Positions 1 to 11,403 of a stretch of DNA of 64,000 nucleotides are shown here, one piece after another. The notes beneath the pieces were generated by a model. It was not told the origin of the DNA, made no database searches, and worked only from the letters and a program-made list of their open reading frames with translations. Location: NCBI RefSeq assembly GCF_001194135.2, contig NC_068982.1:96340640-96404639 (forward strand), in the 5' to 3' direction. The first letter of the stretch is position 1; the number at the start of each line of letters is the position of its first letter. This DNA is from Octopus bimaculoides. Lineage: Eukaryota. The translations under genes were made by a program, and so were the position numbers.

Positions 1-1236
1 TGTTTTCATGGTTGTAGGGAATGGGTTAAATTCTGAGCATTGTTTACAAGAGTGGTATTCGGTATTCATTAATATCTTGTCATTCTTACTACTAAACAAT
101 GTTTTGAAGTTTGGAAGCATTTCTGAAATGATGAATGGCAAAAAAAAAAAAAAAAAAAAGGAAGAATAAAATAGGAGAAAAAGAAAAAATAAGGAAGCAC
201 AGAGTGGCAATAAGAAAACAGAATTCTAATCTTAACAAAGACAAACTTACATGACAATATCTGGATCTGATTTGCATCCTTATTTTTTCCTAAACAAATG
301 TCAGAACAAGAATTTAACAGTCTAAGCAATAGAAAGTTTGTTTCTCTCTCTTTGCAATTTTACATCATTTTTCTGTAAAGGCTTGGGTGGGTTAGTTTAT
401 GTTGCATCAGTCTGTTTCTTCTTAGAAAGCTTTCGCCAACCTAAACTGAGAAGTTTAATGATTTGAAAGTATTTGAATGATTGACAGTTAGGGTTTGTCA
501 CAAAGACCGTCCACACTTTATAATGGTGCATTGTGATACAATTTAAGATTTAAGGTATGTCCTCTGTTCTTAAGACAGTAAGATATTTAGAAGATTCATT
601 ATTGACCTGATGCACTGTTCTTAGTTAAAGTAGGTCCACTTTGCATTCATGTTGTACTCATGCAAACTAGTTACATGGAGATAGTCAGTTGAATACTGAA
701 GAGCAAGATCAGGCTGTTCTGATGCCATGCTGCACATTTTATTATGCTTGAGTTGTGTTAAGTTAGAGCATGTTGGATCTATTTTACAATGAAGTAATAG
801 AGAGTATTAGTTTTTTAAGATTGTCTTCCTTTACCTTATTATTACAAATTAGAAACCAAGATTTTCAGTAAGCAGTTATGTAAGGTGAAATAAGGACGCA
901 AATATAGTTATAATACTTCATATTCAAATGGTTAGTTATGATATGCATACATTCTAAGAGAATGTAATAGGCTGAAGTTAATGTCCAAAGACAAATATAG
1001 CAATAACTGATATTCCTATCAGTTATTGCCTCATTATCATCTTATATTTCAATTATCTACACAGAAGCTATAGTACTCCTATAAATGTATATTGTTATCT
1101 GCAGTTTTCTTTCTGTGTTTTATTTTATGACATAAATCTTGAGATCTTCCAGTGCAACTTCACCAAATATTTTTTCTGTGCCTTATGTGGGTCTTGTATA
1201 GTGTGAACCCAGTAACTAGGCTATTTCTTGTTTGAG

Positions 1237-1278
<42 letters not shown>

Positions 1279-3734
1279 ATATATAAATGGCAATTTCTGC
1301 CTGTCTGTTATCATCTTGCTGCCCAACCAGGGAACCAATCTTCACTAAACCATGTATAAATGTTGAACTACATCCAGTTCAATTATCGGTTAATTGGATT
1401 TCAATAAAAATTGATAATGGACCGACTATGGGGGTTGGGCTATTTATTACATGATAAAATGAGACCTGTGCAAAAGTGTTAAGTTCAGGGAAATGTGGCA
1501 TAATGAGGGTGGTTGATATCAGGGAAGGGGAGGAGACAGGAAGTGATAGACACACAGGAAATGTGAGAGACAGAGAGAATAACAGACATGAACATTTCCA
1601 TATATATAAAAGAGAGTTTGTGTGTGTGCACGTGTACATGCATCTTCCTTATGCATTAAAAAACTGAGTTGCTGATTTTGATGTATGCAGTATCAAAAGA
1701 TTTAGTAATCTTTCAACTACCAAATAAACTTTATTTTCATTTATATATTTGTATTACAAAAGTTTTATATTATAATCTTTTCTATAAGTCAACTATCATA
1801 AACATTTTATACCACAACGATAACATCACATTTTCTACATGTTTGTGTACCTTAAAAGACATCCATTTCTCTATATGTTATGAGGAAATATAGTCACTCA
1901 CTCTCTCACTCACATGCATGTGCACACATATATACAAAAAAGATACATGTATATATATTTATGTATGTGTATATGAAAGATGTGTGTGTGTGTGTGAGGC
2001 AGAGAGAGATCGAGTGACTGCCATTTACACATAAATGACAACACACACACCTTCACTCACTCACTCTCTCTCTCTCTTTCTCTCTCTCACATGCACATGT
2101 CCATTTCATATACAGGGAGTTGTTTAATGGGGCCTCTGTATTGGGTATTAATAGGTTGTCACATGCTCAATAACAGAACTGATGATGATAGTAGTAATGG
2201 TGGTCGTAATAGGTAGCTGAATGTTTTGGTTTGTTGAACTTCATTTTCTTCAATTTCTTCTCCACTTATGACTAAATAATGTATATATGGATACAATAAG
2301 AAATAAAGTAGAACTTGTATTTTAACTGAAAACTTTCACTTGCATTTTATTCTTCACTCTACAGTCTCAGTATCAGCATATTTACCACTATAGTCTTCCT
2401 CTCTGAGCTGTCATGAGTCATTATTATCACCATGTACATAAAACTGATGCTCTGCCGACTGACCTATGCCATCGTTATTATCACTTTGTTTTCACTGCCA
2501 TTGCCACTAGCAGCATCAGCATTTTTTTATTCATTTATTTTTAGATTGTTACCAACATCTTTTTTAATATTTTTCAGTGTAGAAAATGGTATGCTTATAT
2601 AAACTACATACAAGAATGGAACACTCCTCTTAAAAAACGTATAACCTTCTGGTTTAAGGAAGTGGCCTTTGGTGATGTCAAATTACCATGATTTATCACA
2701 AGCTCTCTAAGATACCAATCCTGTTAAAACTTAAGAACTGTTTCTTTTTAGCCTGGAAAGAAATAGAAAGAAAAGAATAATTTCTAAGGTTTTAAATAAA
2801 TAATAGAATTTTCAGAGTCTTATAGTTATAAAAAGATAAAATTCTTTCATAATTTTTCTTGTGGGTTTTGTTAACTGTAGAAGGAAGGAGGTAAAAGTGA
2901 ATAATGGTTTTGTCAGTACTAGATAAGGAGGCAAACATGACTCATTGAGTTCAGAATAAAAGCACTTAGTATAGTTTCTGTGTCTTAGAACAGTTTGATG
3001 TAGGAAAGGATGTGTGCCAAGTAACAGATGAACAACATGGACACCACAGATATTTTAAAGGGATTAGCAAGATTTTTCTTTATAACTTAACAACAACTGC
3101 TGTTCTGCACATTTTTTGTTTTCTCTATTTCTTGACTGAGTTTAGGCAAGAAACTACCAAGTCTTGGTTGGATATTTGGTAAACGAAGAGAGAACATGAG
3201 TTGCTGATAGAGTGGTTGATATGCGATTTTGGTGTTTTTATAACATTGAGATGGAAATTTTATGAGAATTCTGAGAATAATTTAGGGCAGTGGATTGGCA
3301 GAATTAGAGTAGTGTCAGACAAAATACCTGTGATATTTAATTGCATTTCTTTAAATACTGAGTTCAGATCCCTCTGCAGTCAATTTTACCTTTCATTTTT
3401 CTGGTGTCAATAGAATACAAGTCCACTTATGGTGAGTGGGAGTAGACATATATCTTAATAAGGCATCTTAGACATGAATGAAGTTATTAAAGAAAACTCT
3501 TATTTATTTTTCTCTTTTTATAGTTACTCAGGGGAGGGTCTCTACAAGCCCTTTCTACATCAGAGATATTAAAACACTTGATGGCCACTTTAAGCAGCTG
3601 TTAGTCAAAGTCTGCAGGAAATATATGAGCGGGAATGGAATTACCTTGAGTGGTATTTCTGAGGGAAAAGGATTGGCTTTCAGTGTTCACTGTGTGTTCT
3701 GGTAGGTGTGATACAGTTGTGACAATGAAGTTTG

Positions 3735-3940
3735 AATAGAGTAGAGCTGTATCACATTGTCATAAATACTGTAGGAGCAGTACTGTCTCATACATTGTCC
3801 TTGAATACCATGAGAGTAAAGATATATCTCATTGTCCTTGAATACCAACAGAGTAGAGTTCCACCACAACTTTCTGAATAATGTCAACTAGAGTTATATC
3901 TTCTTGCTCTGAATACTATAAGAGAAGAGCTATATCCTTG
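3735..3940. repeat. Degenerate minisatellite, ~6 units of ~36-38 bp
   Basis: The motif GAGTAGAGCTATATC...CATTGTCCTTGAATACCA recurs at ~3739, 3775, 3815, 3853, 3889 and 3923; CATTGTCCTTGAATACCA is exact twice. Confidence 0.6.
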
Positions 3941-4159
3941 TAACAGCCAACTTATTTATGTTTGTCTTGTATGTCTGAAAGGTTGGTTGGAAAACAAGGA
4001 TAGACAGGAATTAGTGTTCCTGTTTTGTTTGCTATAACGAAGAGAATGTTGTTGCCCCTCACTATTGAATTACAATGAAAGTTGATACAGTACTTTACTG
4101 TTGATATGTTATGCATTTGTTCTAATTACCAAGCTATTGATTATCATTATTCAGACACT

Positions 4160-4381
4160 TTGACCATCTTGTTACCATATATATGTTAAAACAGTTCAGT
4201 TAATTTTGAAAATAATGAAGAGTTTAATAAAATAACTTTGCTATTTTTAAAATGGTGTTTGAAGCAAAGTAACATGAAATCTTAATGGAGTGTTTTTAAT
4301 CTAGCTCACTTTAAACGAAAAAAATTGTACTATAGAATCAACAAGGGGTGGGCTTAAGTGGATTGGTATTAAAAAGGTTAA
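4160..4381. mobile_element. Degenerate TTAA-flanked (piggyBac-type) MITE
   Basis: Starts TTGACCATCTTGTTACCATAT and ends GGTATTAAAAAGGTTAA, resembling the termini of the 9621-9841 MITE in the opposite orientation. Confidence 0.5.
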
Positions 4382-5681
4382 AGTAATACTATAGTTAGTC
4401 AAATATATTTTGCTAACCTAACCTGAAAGTTTTGTAAACTTTCCAGATCCAAATCATCAGTTAGTTGTTTACTGTTGACTTTTTTTCACTTATTTAGGTC
4501 CATGTGGTCTCTTGACTTGTCACAAATAGCTGCCAAATTTCTCCCAAATCATGTGCCACTGTTTCAATAAAGAAAGGACTCATTGGATAATGTAGTCTTA
4601 GATACAATATGCCTCAAGAAAAGTTGAAAGCTTGCATGATCAGGATTGTTCTGGGGTAAGGGGCACATGCAAATTATATTATTCTATTTTTAGTATTCTC
4701 CATCAATTTACTTATCTATAGTAGCTTCATAATTGAGATAATTCACTACTGAGAAGTTATTGTGCTTTCTACATTGCTGTATTATACAAACCCAGGGTTG
4801 TAAATCATTGTAAAGGCACACTGAAGGAGTAACCAAAAAGGCGAAAATGACAAAACTATTTGAGCTGTTTTGCTTACTCTTGCCCTCTGTTGTGACATTT
4901 CAAATACTGAAAACACTTCAAGGGCGATTGTTCAAATAGTTGTGATAACAAGAATCTCATTGAAAATATTTTCTCTCAGTTTAAAGTCCACAAAGTTAAA
5001 TACCTATATATTTGGTATGCAGTAGAAATTGTTTCCCTATTATAAAATTTTTGTACATGTGTGTGTATGTTGATGATCTTGAAAAGGAATAAATAGCTTG
5101 CATGCACCTCTAATTAGCTAGAAATTAGTTTGATTTTCTTGTTTTTAAATAATATATATATATATATCTTTTGTATACAAATATATATGGGATTGCTATT
5201 GTTGAATTTGATGTTCCATGCAGGTTATCTCCAAGCAACAACAATAGTGAAACATGTAGTTATAAATGATATAAGCTTATATTTATCTTAGTTTATCATA
5301 TATATATATCATGGAATGAACAGGCTTTGGAATGCACATTATAAGGTTATTACCCAGATGATGATATATGTATTTATAACTTTTTGTATACAATATGTAA
5401 TGTGTATGTGTGTATTTAAAAATATAATTTTAGCGTGTTTGCATTATAATCATACTCTTGTATGTTCTTAAGTTATCTCTTCTCATTTTACACAATGTAG
5501 AAAATCAAGTGCAACTCTGTAGTCTGTCTGTTAATCTTAGAATCTACTTGTCACTTGTGTATGATTGTTGCATCTTGGAAGAATCATTTTGACAACAGTC
5601 TACAATGACATGCACTTGCAAACTTACTTTTTCATCTCATTTTACAATTAATTGTATCAAAGTCTCTAAACTACTTATACA

Positions 5682-5714
<33 letters not shown>

Positions 5715-6427
5715 TACTTGATCTTAAAAAGTAGGGCGATGGAGTTTGGTTGCAATGGCAATGAAAGGACTTTGACAAACTTAGTTGATTGATAGATTGA
5801 TTGATTGGCCAAATGGTTAACTAAGCAATCGTTTAAAAATTAACTGATTGACTAATGATAATAAAAGAAGTGAAACCAAATCAGTGTGTGTGTGTGATAT
5901 TTATTGGCATAGTGACCTTCCTAAGATACAACAAAATAAAGAAATAGTGTTTTATCGGAATGTTTAAGATCCAACAAGACATGATTGTGAGGTACATACA
6001 TTGGGGTTGAAGTGATTCAATTTTCATTAGCAGTTGAACTCTCCATCGCTTCATCAACGGCCACTTTTTCTTACAGATAAAGTTATTATTGTTGATAATC
6101 CTCAGTCAGTTAATTTTCTAATAGGCTTTATTGTTTAATCTCTGATCAACCACAATCAAGCAGACCTACTATCAAAGACATTCTCATGGTGACTATCTGA
6201 TCTTTTTAATTTTCTTCTTATTAGATTTGTATTTTCTTCCTTTTTTCTTTTTAGTTATATTGTGTAATTTAAGGGGCATTTTGCTCTTATTTTCAACTGA
6301 TCAATCTTATACTGGTCATTGTTTAGTCCTAGCTCAGCCCTGATTGTTCAGGCCTAATGATCCCACTTTCATGCCAGGCAGGAATTTCAACCATGTTTCG
6401 TGGTCTGCTACCACAACAGCTCCTTTA

Positions 6428-6843
6428 TAGGATCCAGTTAGCTCAAGACATCATCAGGAGGAACCACGTCTGGTTTCGGCCCCTACTCCTCTACCGTTTT
6501 GACGTGGCGGGGCCACCCCCTTTCGGAGGTGTCTTCAGCTCTGGTGTTGGGTGCATGTCTTCTTTCACTATTTGTGACTGTTCTAATTCAACTGTGGAAT
6601 GTCCCTCGCTATAGTTATTTTCCAGGAGGTTCTGGCCACACGTCTTACGGTTCATCAACCCGCGTTGTTGAATTACTTTCTTCCGACATACCTTCCCTTG
6701 GTGGATTAGGATCCAGTTAGCTGAAGACATCATCAGGAGGAACCACGTCCGGTTTCGGCCCCTACTCCTCTACCGTTTTGACGTGGCGGGCCCCCACTTT
6801 CGGATGTGTCTTCAGCTCTGGTGTTGGGTGCATGTCTTCTTTC
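6428..6843 (-). mobile_element. GC-rich direct repeat (6428-6566 and 6707-6843, period 279 bp), Penelope-like pLTR or retrozyme-like, with hammerhead core motifs
   Basis: Two near-identical ~138-bp copies. On the minus strand each has CTGAAGA ... GGCCC(C)/GGGGCC stem ... GAAAC ... GTT. A 29-bp tandem duplication (6835-6891) follows. The repeat is seen directly; the PLE/retrozyme assignment is inferred from the known association of these motifs. Confidence 0.55.
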
Positions 6844-7223
6844 TTCTATTCCCTGGCCTCTTGTCTTCTTTCTTCTATTCCCTGGCCTCTTACATCTAGG
6901 ATTGCATTATCCAGTGTTTTTTTCCCAATTTGAAACTGTGAGGTGTAATTTAAAGATTTGGCTGCTATTCCTAGCAGTTCAAGCAACTGCACATTGGCTT
7001 TCTTGACTCAGTCTTCTGCTGGTTTTAAAAAATAGGCAAAACTGGTCTTTGGACATCTCAGCATTCTTTTTAAAAATATGTTGCTGCCACCTTTTTATGT
7101 TTTCTGATTAATTTTTTTATGCATCCGGACAGCATTTGTATACAAGCATTATTCTTAATTTGTTTCATTGCATCTTGGAAATATCAGAACCTCTTGTTTA
7201 CTTCACATACCATATATATATAT

Positions 7224-7263
<40 letters not shown>

Positions 7264-7771
7264 GGTTGACACAAAAACTGGTTACATCACTGATATTTTT
7301 TCTATGTCAAGTGCAGCTGTCATAGATAAACAGACAACTACACTAAATCATCCACACTTTCTTCTCTACCCACCCTCCCTCTCTTACATAGTTCTTTCAT
7401 CCCTATTTCAATATGACCCTTCTCTGCATAACAAGTATCTACATACCCATTTCTCCTTTCCTCCCTGTTGCCTCCTTTATTGGAAAAATAAAGCCATGCT
7501 GTATATCTTTTAATGTATTTGTCTGCCTGGTGCCAGAGAGCCTTTTTTTTTTTTGGTCTTTAAGTAGCACATACCATGATTCATTTTGTGCTTATTGAAT
7601 ACGATTTTTTTTTTTTTTTCCAACGATTTTATTTTCATTGTACTTTTATTTAAAATGCACATTGAACTCCACTACACAGCTAAGTGGAGTTCTGTGTGAC
7701 TTTCGTACGTGCAGTGTTTTGTTTTGGATTTGAGTATTCTGATACCCTTCTACAGGCTACCTTAAAGACAA

Positions 7772-8110
7772 GTGGCTGGAGATTTTAATGGGCATGTTGG
7801 GTGGCAATCCGGTATCTTCACAGGTGTACACGGGGGCCATGGTATTAGTTCCCGAAATGATGAGGGAACTAGGCTACTGGAGTTCTCTGATGCATGTAAC
7901 CTTTTAATCTGCAACACTAACTTCAGGAAGCCAGACAGCTACCTGATAACCTATCAATCAGATGACTCTGTTTGCCAGATTGATTTCATCCTCACCAGAC
8001 AGCGGGACGCAGGGTTGCTCTTAGATATAAAGACCCTCCTGAGTGAAGAATGTACCCCCAGCATAGGCTAGTCATTAGTGACTTTAGGCTCGAGGCCAGA
8101 AGGATACCAA
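7772..8110 (+). pseudogene. RTE-clade LINE apurinic endonuclease fragment
   Basis: The ORF at 7772-8071 reads AGDFNGHVG...HGGHG..SRNDEGTRLLEF...LLICNTNFRK...LITY...QIDFIL, with HRLV..D continuing after a frameshift. These are typical RTE APE motifs. Confidence 0.9.
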
Positions 8111-8129
8111 AAAGCATGCCAGTGGCACA

Positions 8130-8362
8130 TCAAAAGCACCAACCGATTGTGGCCTTTGTCAGCCTCCACTGGCCCCTGTGCTAGTGGCACGTAAAAAGCA
8201 CCCACTACACTCTCGGAGTGGTTGGCATTAGGAAGGGCATCCAGCTGTAGAAACACTGCCAGATCAGACTGGAGCCTGGTGCAGCCTCCTGGCTTCCTAG
8301 ACCCCAGTTGAACTATCCAACCCATGCTAGCATGGAAAATGGACGATAAACGTTGATGATGA
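8130..8362 (+). mobile_element. SINE 3' part with RTE-like tail
   Basis: GGCACGTAAAAAGCACCCACTACACTCTCGGAGTGGTTGGCATTAGGAAGGGCATCCAGCTGTAG...(GAT)n tail; same family as 47601-47975. Confidence 0.8.
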
Positions 8363-8639
8363 TATCTTATTGAAAGTAGTCTATGTAAGATGTGTGCAGT
8401 GTCTACTAGTGTTATTTGTTATATGTAATATATAAGTTTTGGAGTTTATTATTATCATCATAATGATAATAGGTGACAGTGTCAGAAGAATGGTGGAGAA
8501 AATGCCATGCTGCATTATTGAGTTATATCCCTTTGTTCTGAGTTAAATCCTGTTTGGATGAGCTTTGTCTTACGTCTGTCTGAAGTTTATAAAATCAATT
8601 TGGTGTAATGTTTGTTTAAGATGGAAAACAATAAGTTGA

Positions 8640-8897
8640 GGCAAAATACTGAATATACAAGCTATCAGCTGTAGTGTGCAAGAAGACTGCATTGGTACAG
8701 ATATATGATGCATATGAAAGATGATGGTTGAGTGTAAGAGTACTTTGCCAGTCAAATGGTACGAACCAGTCAAAGCAGTAGTGAAGTTTGATCTAAGAGG
8801 AGACAACAACAGGTTGCAACAAATGGTGAAGCATTGGAGAAGACCCATACAACCCATACAAACATGGAAAAATACGGAAAATTATGATGATGATGAG
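8640..8897 (+). mobile_element. Degenerate RTE LINE 3' fragment
   Basis: Frameshifted ISCSVQE(R)RLHWY-like motif followed by ACCCATACAAACATGGAAAA and a (GAT)n tail. Confidence 0.65.
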
Positions 8898-9044
8898 TCA
8901 AGTACTAAGCTCTGTATCATTAACAATACTCTCTTTCAAAATATGTGACCTTGTAATCCTGTTAAAAATGATTTTTGTTTTCTCTGTGATTTGATGTAAG
9001 AAATTATGGAGTGGCAGAAATGGTAAAGAATTTAAATCCCCAAT

Positions 9045-9470
9045 GTGATCATCATCATCATCATCATCATCATCTGTTTTTCCAAATATGCATGGGTTTG
9101 GTGAGTCTTCTCCTGCACAGCATTTCACCACATGCTGTTATTGTTTGTTATCTTCTTTGTGAAGTTCAGCCTCTTGTTATCAGCCTTTACCACATATGTC
9201 TTCTGAAGGTTCCTAACATTAACATAACTTGGCACTTTACTCAACTGTCATTCTCCATACTCATCACATGTCCATACCAGTTATGTCTTCTCTCTTGTAC
9301 AGAACATCTAATTTCTCTTATACCTTTATTCTCTCAACTCATTTTAGCTCCTTTATTCGTACCTGCCATCATTGTATTTAGAGAAGCATTCTAGCTTCAT
9401 TTCTTTCCAATCTTTGCACATCCTTGGTGCCCATGTTTTGCTACGAAGTAGTATCCCAGTTCAAAGACAT
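9045..9470 (-). mobile_element. Degenerate RTE LINE 3' fragment, inverted relative to 8640-8897
   Basis: The minus strand reads DVQRLERNEARML...GIREIRCSVQERRHNWYGHVMSMEND; the (CAT)n at ~9045-9072 is the tail. Confidence 0.8.
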
Positions 9471-9620
9471 ACATGTGAGAATTAAATCCCCGATATACAG
9501 TTCCTCTTGAAATCACTTGTTTCTGTAACGGAAAATTTATTCCATAAAAATGCTTTACAGCATATTATAGAATCTCTAACATAAAGATTTAATATTTTGT
9601 TCTTTCTTCGAAGTCTTTAA

Positions 9621-9841
9621 CCCTTTTGATACCAACCTGGCTGAAACTGCCTCTGGCTCTGTAGTACAAATGTCTTGTTTTCAAAAGTTCTGAATTAAAA
9701 TCTTCCGCCAAACCTTGGTCACAATTTGTTCCCTAACGCTAGCTTAATGATAACTAAGTTATTTTACTAAATTCTTTGTTATATTTAAAATTAATTGAAA
9801 GAAACACAGAGCATCTCAACAGAAATATGGTAACAAAAGAG
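9621..9841. mobile_element. piggyBac-type MITE with TTAA target-site duplication
   Basis: TTAA(9617-9620)|CCCTTTTGATACCA ... TGGTAACAAAAGAG|TTAA(9842-9845): imperfect 14-bp TIR, no ORF. Confidence 0.85.
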
Positions 9842-9890
9842 TTAATTCAAGGTGTGTTTGTTTCATGTTTTCCTTTGGTCAGCACTTTAA

Positions 9891-10094
9891 CACTTTGGCA
9901 TTTAAACTGGCCATATCCAACTTGGATATTCTACCTGTTTTATGTTCAAACTGTCCTAAATTGACATCTCACACTTACCCTACAATATAATTCTAAAAAT
10001 AAACAATCACATCATCAAAATCTTGACACTACAAGGTAATGCATGATTAATTCAAAACAATATGAATAATTAAACATTACAGTTGACAGAGTAA
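9891..10094 (+). mobile_element. TTAA-MITE family 2, 3'-truncated copy
   Basis: Follows TTAA at 9887-9890; colinear with 10150-10367 (GCATTTAAACTGGCCATATC...TATTCTACCTGTTTTATGTTCAAA). Confidence 0.75.
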
Positions 10095-10149
10095 AAAACT
10101 TTTGATGCCAAGTTTTTGGAGAGCTTACAAATTAAGTCTTCTTCATTAA

Positions 10150-10367
10150 CCCTTTAGCATTTAAACTGGCCATATCAGGCCCAAATATTCTACCTGTTTT
10201 ATGTTCAAATTGGCCAGATCTGGTATCTTGCACCTACCCTACAATGTAATTCTGAAAATAAAGTCACACTATCAAAATTCCAAAGCTATGAAATATTGTA
10301 TGATTAATTCAAAACAATGTGAATACATAAGCGTTGCATTTGGCAAATTAATCTGAACACTAAAAGG
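10150..10367 (+). mobile_element. TTAA-MITE family 2, full-length copy
   Basis: TTAA|CCCTTTAGCATT ... AACACTAAAAGG|TTAA; imperfect TIR and TTAA on both sides. Confidence 0.85.
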
Positions 10368-10463
10368 TTAAAAAAGACACTTTTATAAATGTTTTTTCCA
10401 AGATCATACATTGTACAGCAGCAACCAAATCTCTCACAAGTTACTCTTTACTTATCTTTAAAA

Positions 10464-10854
10464 TGTAGAGACGCAATGACCCAGTGGTTAGGGCAGCGGA
10501 CTCGCGGTTATAGGATCGCGGTTTCAATTCCCAGACCGGGCGTTGTGAGTGTTTATTGAGCGAAAACATCTAAAGCTCCACGAGGCTTCAACAGGGGATG
10601 GTGGCGAACCCTACTGTACTCTTTCACCACCACTTTCTCTCACTCTTACTTCCTGTTTCTGTTGTACCTGTAATTCTACGGGTCAGCCTTGTCACACTGT
10701 GTCATGCTGAATACCCCCGAGAACTACGTTAAAGGTACACGTGTCTGTGGAGTGCTCAGCCACTTGCACGTTAATTTCATGAGCAGGCTGGTTCCGTTGA
10801 TTAGATCAACTGGAACCCTCGACGTCGGAAGCGACGGAGTGCCAACATACATAC
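10464..10854 (+). mobile_element. Young tRNA-derived SINE, full length
   Basis: A-box-like TGACCCAGTGG, B-box-like GTTTCAATTCCC, 3' end GCGACGGAGTGCCAAC(ATAC)n, and flanking direct repeat ATCTTTAAAA (10454-10463 and 10855-10864). Near-identical to 48658-49038. Confidence 0.9.
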
Positions 10855-11216
10855 ATCTTTAAAACATGTGATCATCGGCTTGCTTTACCAAAGCTGACCT
10901 ATGGCTAAGCAACAGCAAAATATTGTTCATTGTGATACTGTTTTTGTAGTAGCACTATAATAATATTAAATGTGTAGTATTTAAACAAATATTTTAAGTA
11001 CATATATGGTTATGAACTAATTAACTTTAAAAAAATTTGTTCTCTGAAACCGGCTTCTCTGTTTTTAATATTTTCTTTATGTGAACAGAAAAATATTTTC
11101 ATATATATTCAAGAAGGAAAACTCAATTTTTTTTGTCTGTTCACTTCATAAAACTTATTGTTTTTATATTTTAACATGCTTTTAAAAATATGTTTCCCTA
11201 TATTGTTTCTTTTCAG

Positions 11217-11287
11217 ACTTTCTGGACTAATTGATTTTTACTTTACCCATTTTTATTACATTTATTAAAGGATTAAATTATTTTCAG
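11217..11287 (+). other. Candidate non-coding (UTR or lncRNA) exon, 71 nt
   Basis: Acceptor TATTGTTTCTTTTCAG and donor CAG|GTAAGT; stops in all three frames and no ATG. A few perfect donors are expected by chance in a window of this size. Confidence 0.3.
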
Positions 11288-11403
11288 GTAAGTGTTCGAT
11301 TATTTTCCATTTTTGTGTAAAATGTGATAATTAGTTTTCCATCTATTAACTTCATCTTTAGGAACAAACTTTTTCACAATAATCTATACTATCAGTAGAA
11401 GGT

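Noticed and set aside
10468-10540. Possible tRNA gene
   Set aside because: It is the tRNA-derived head of a SINE; there is no complete cloverleaf or acceptor stem, and it continues into the SINE body.
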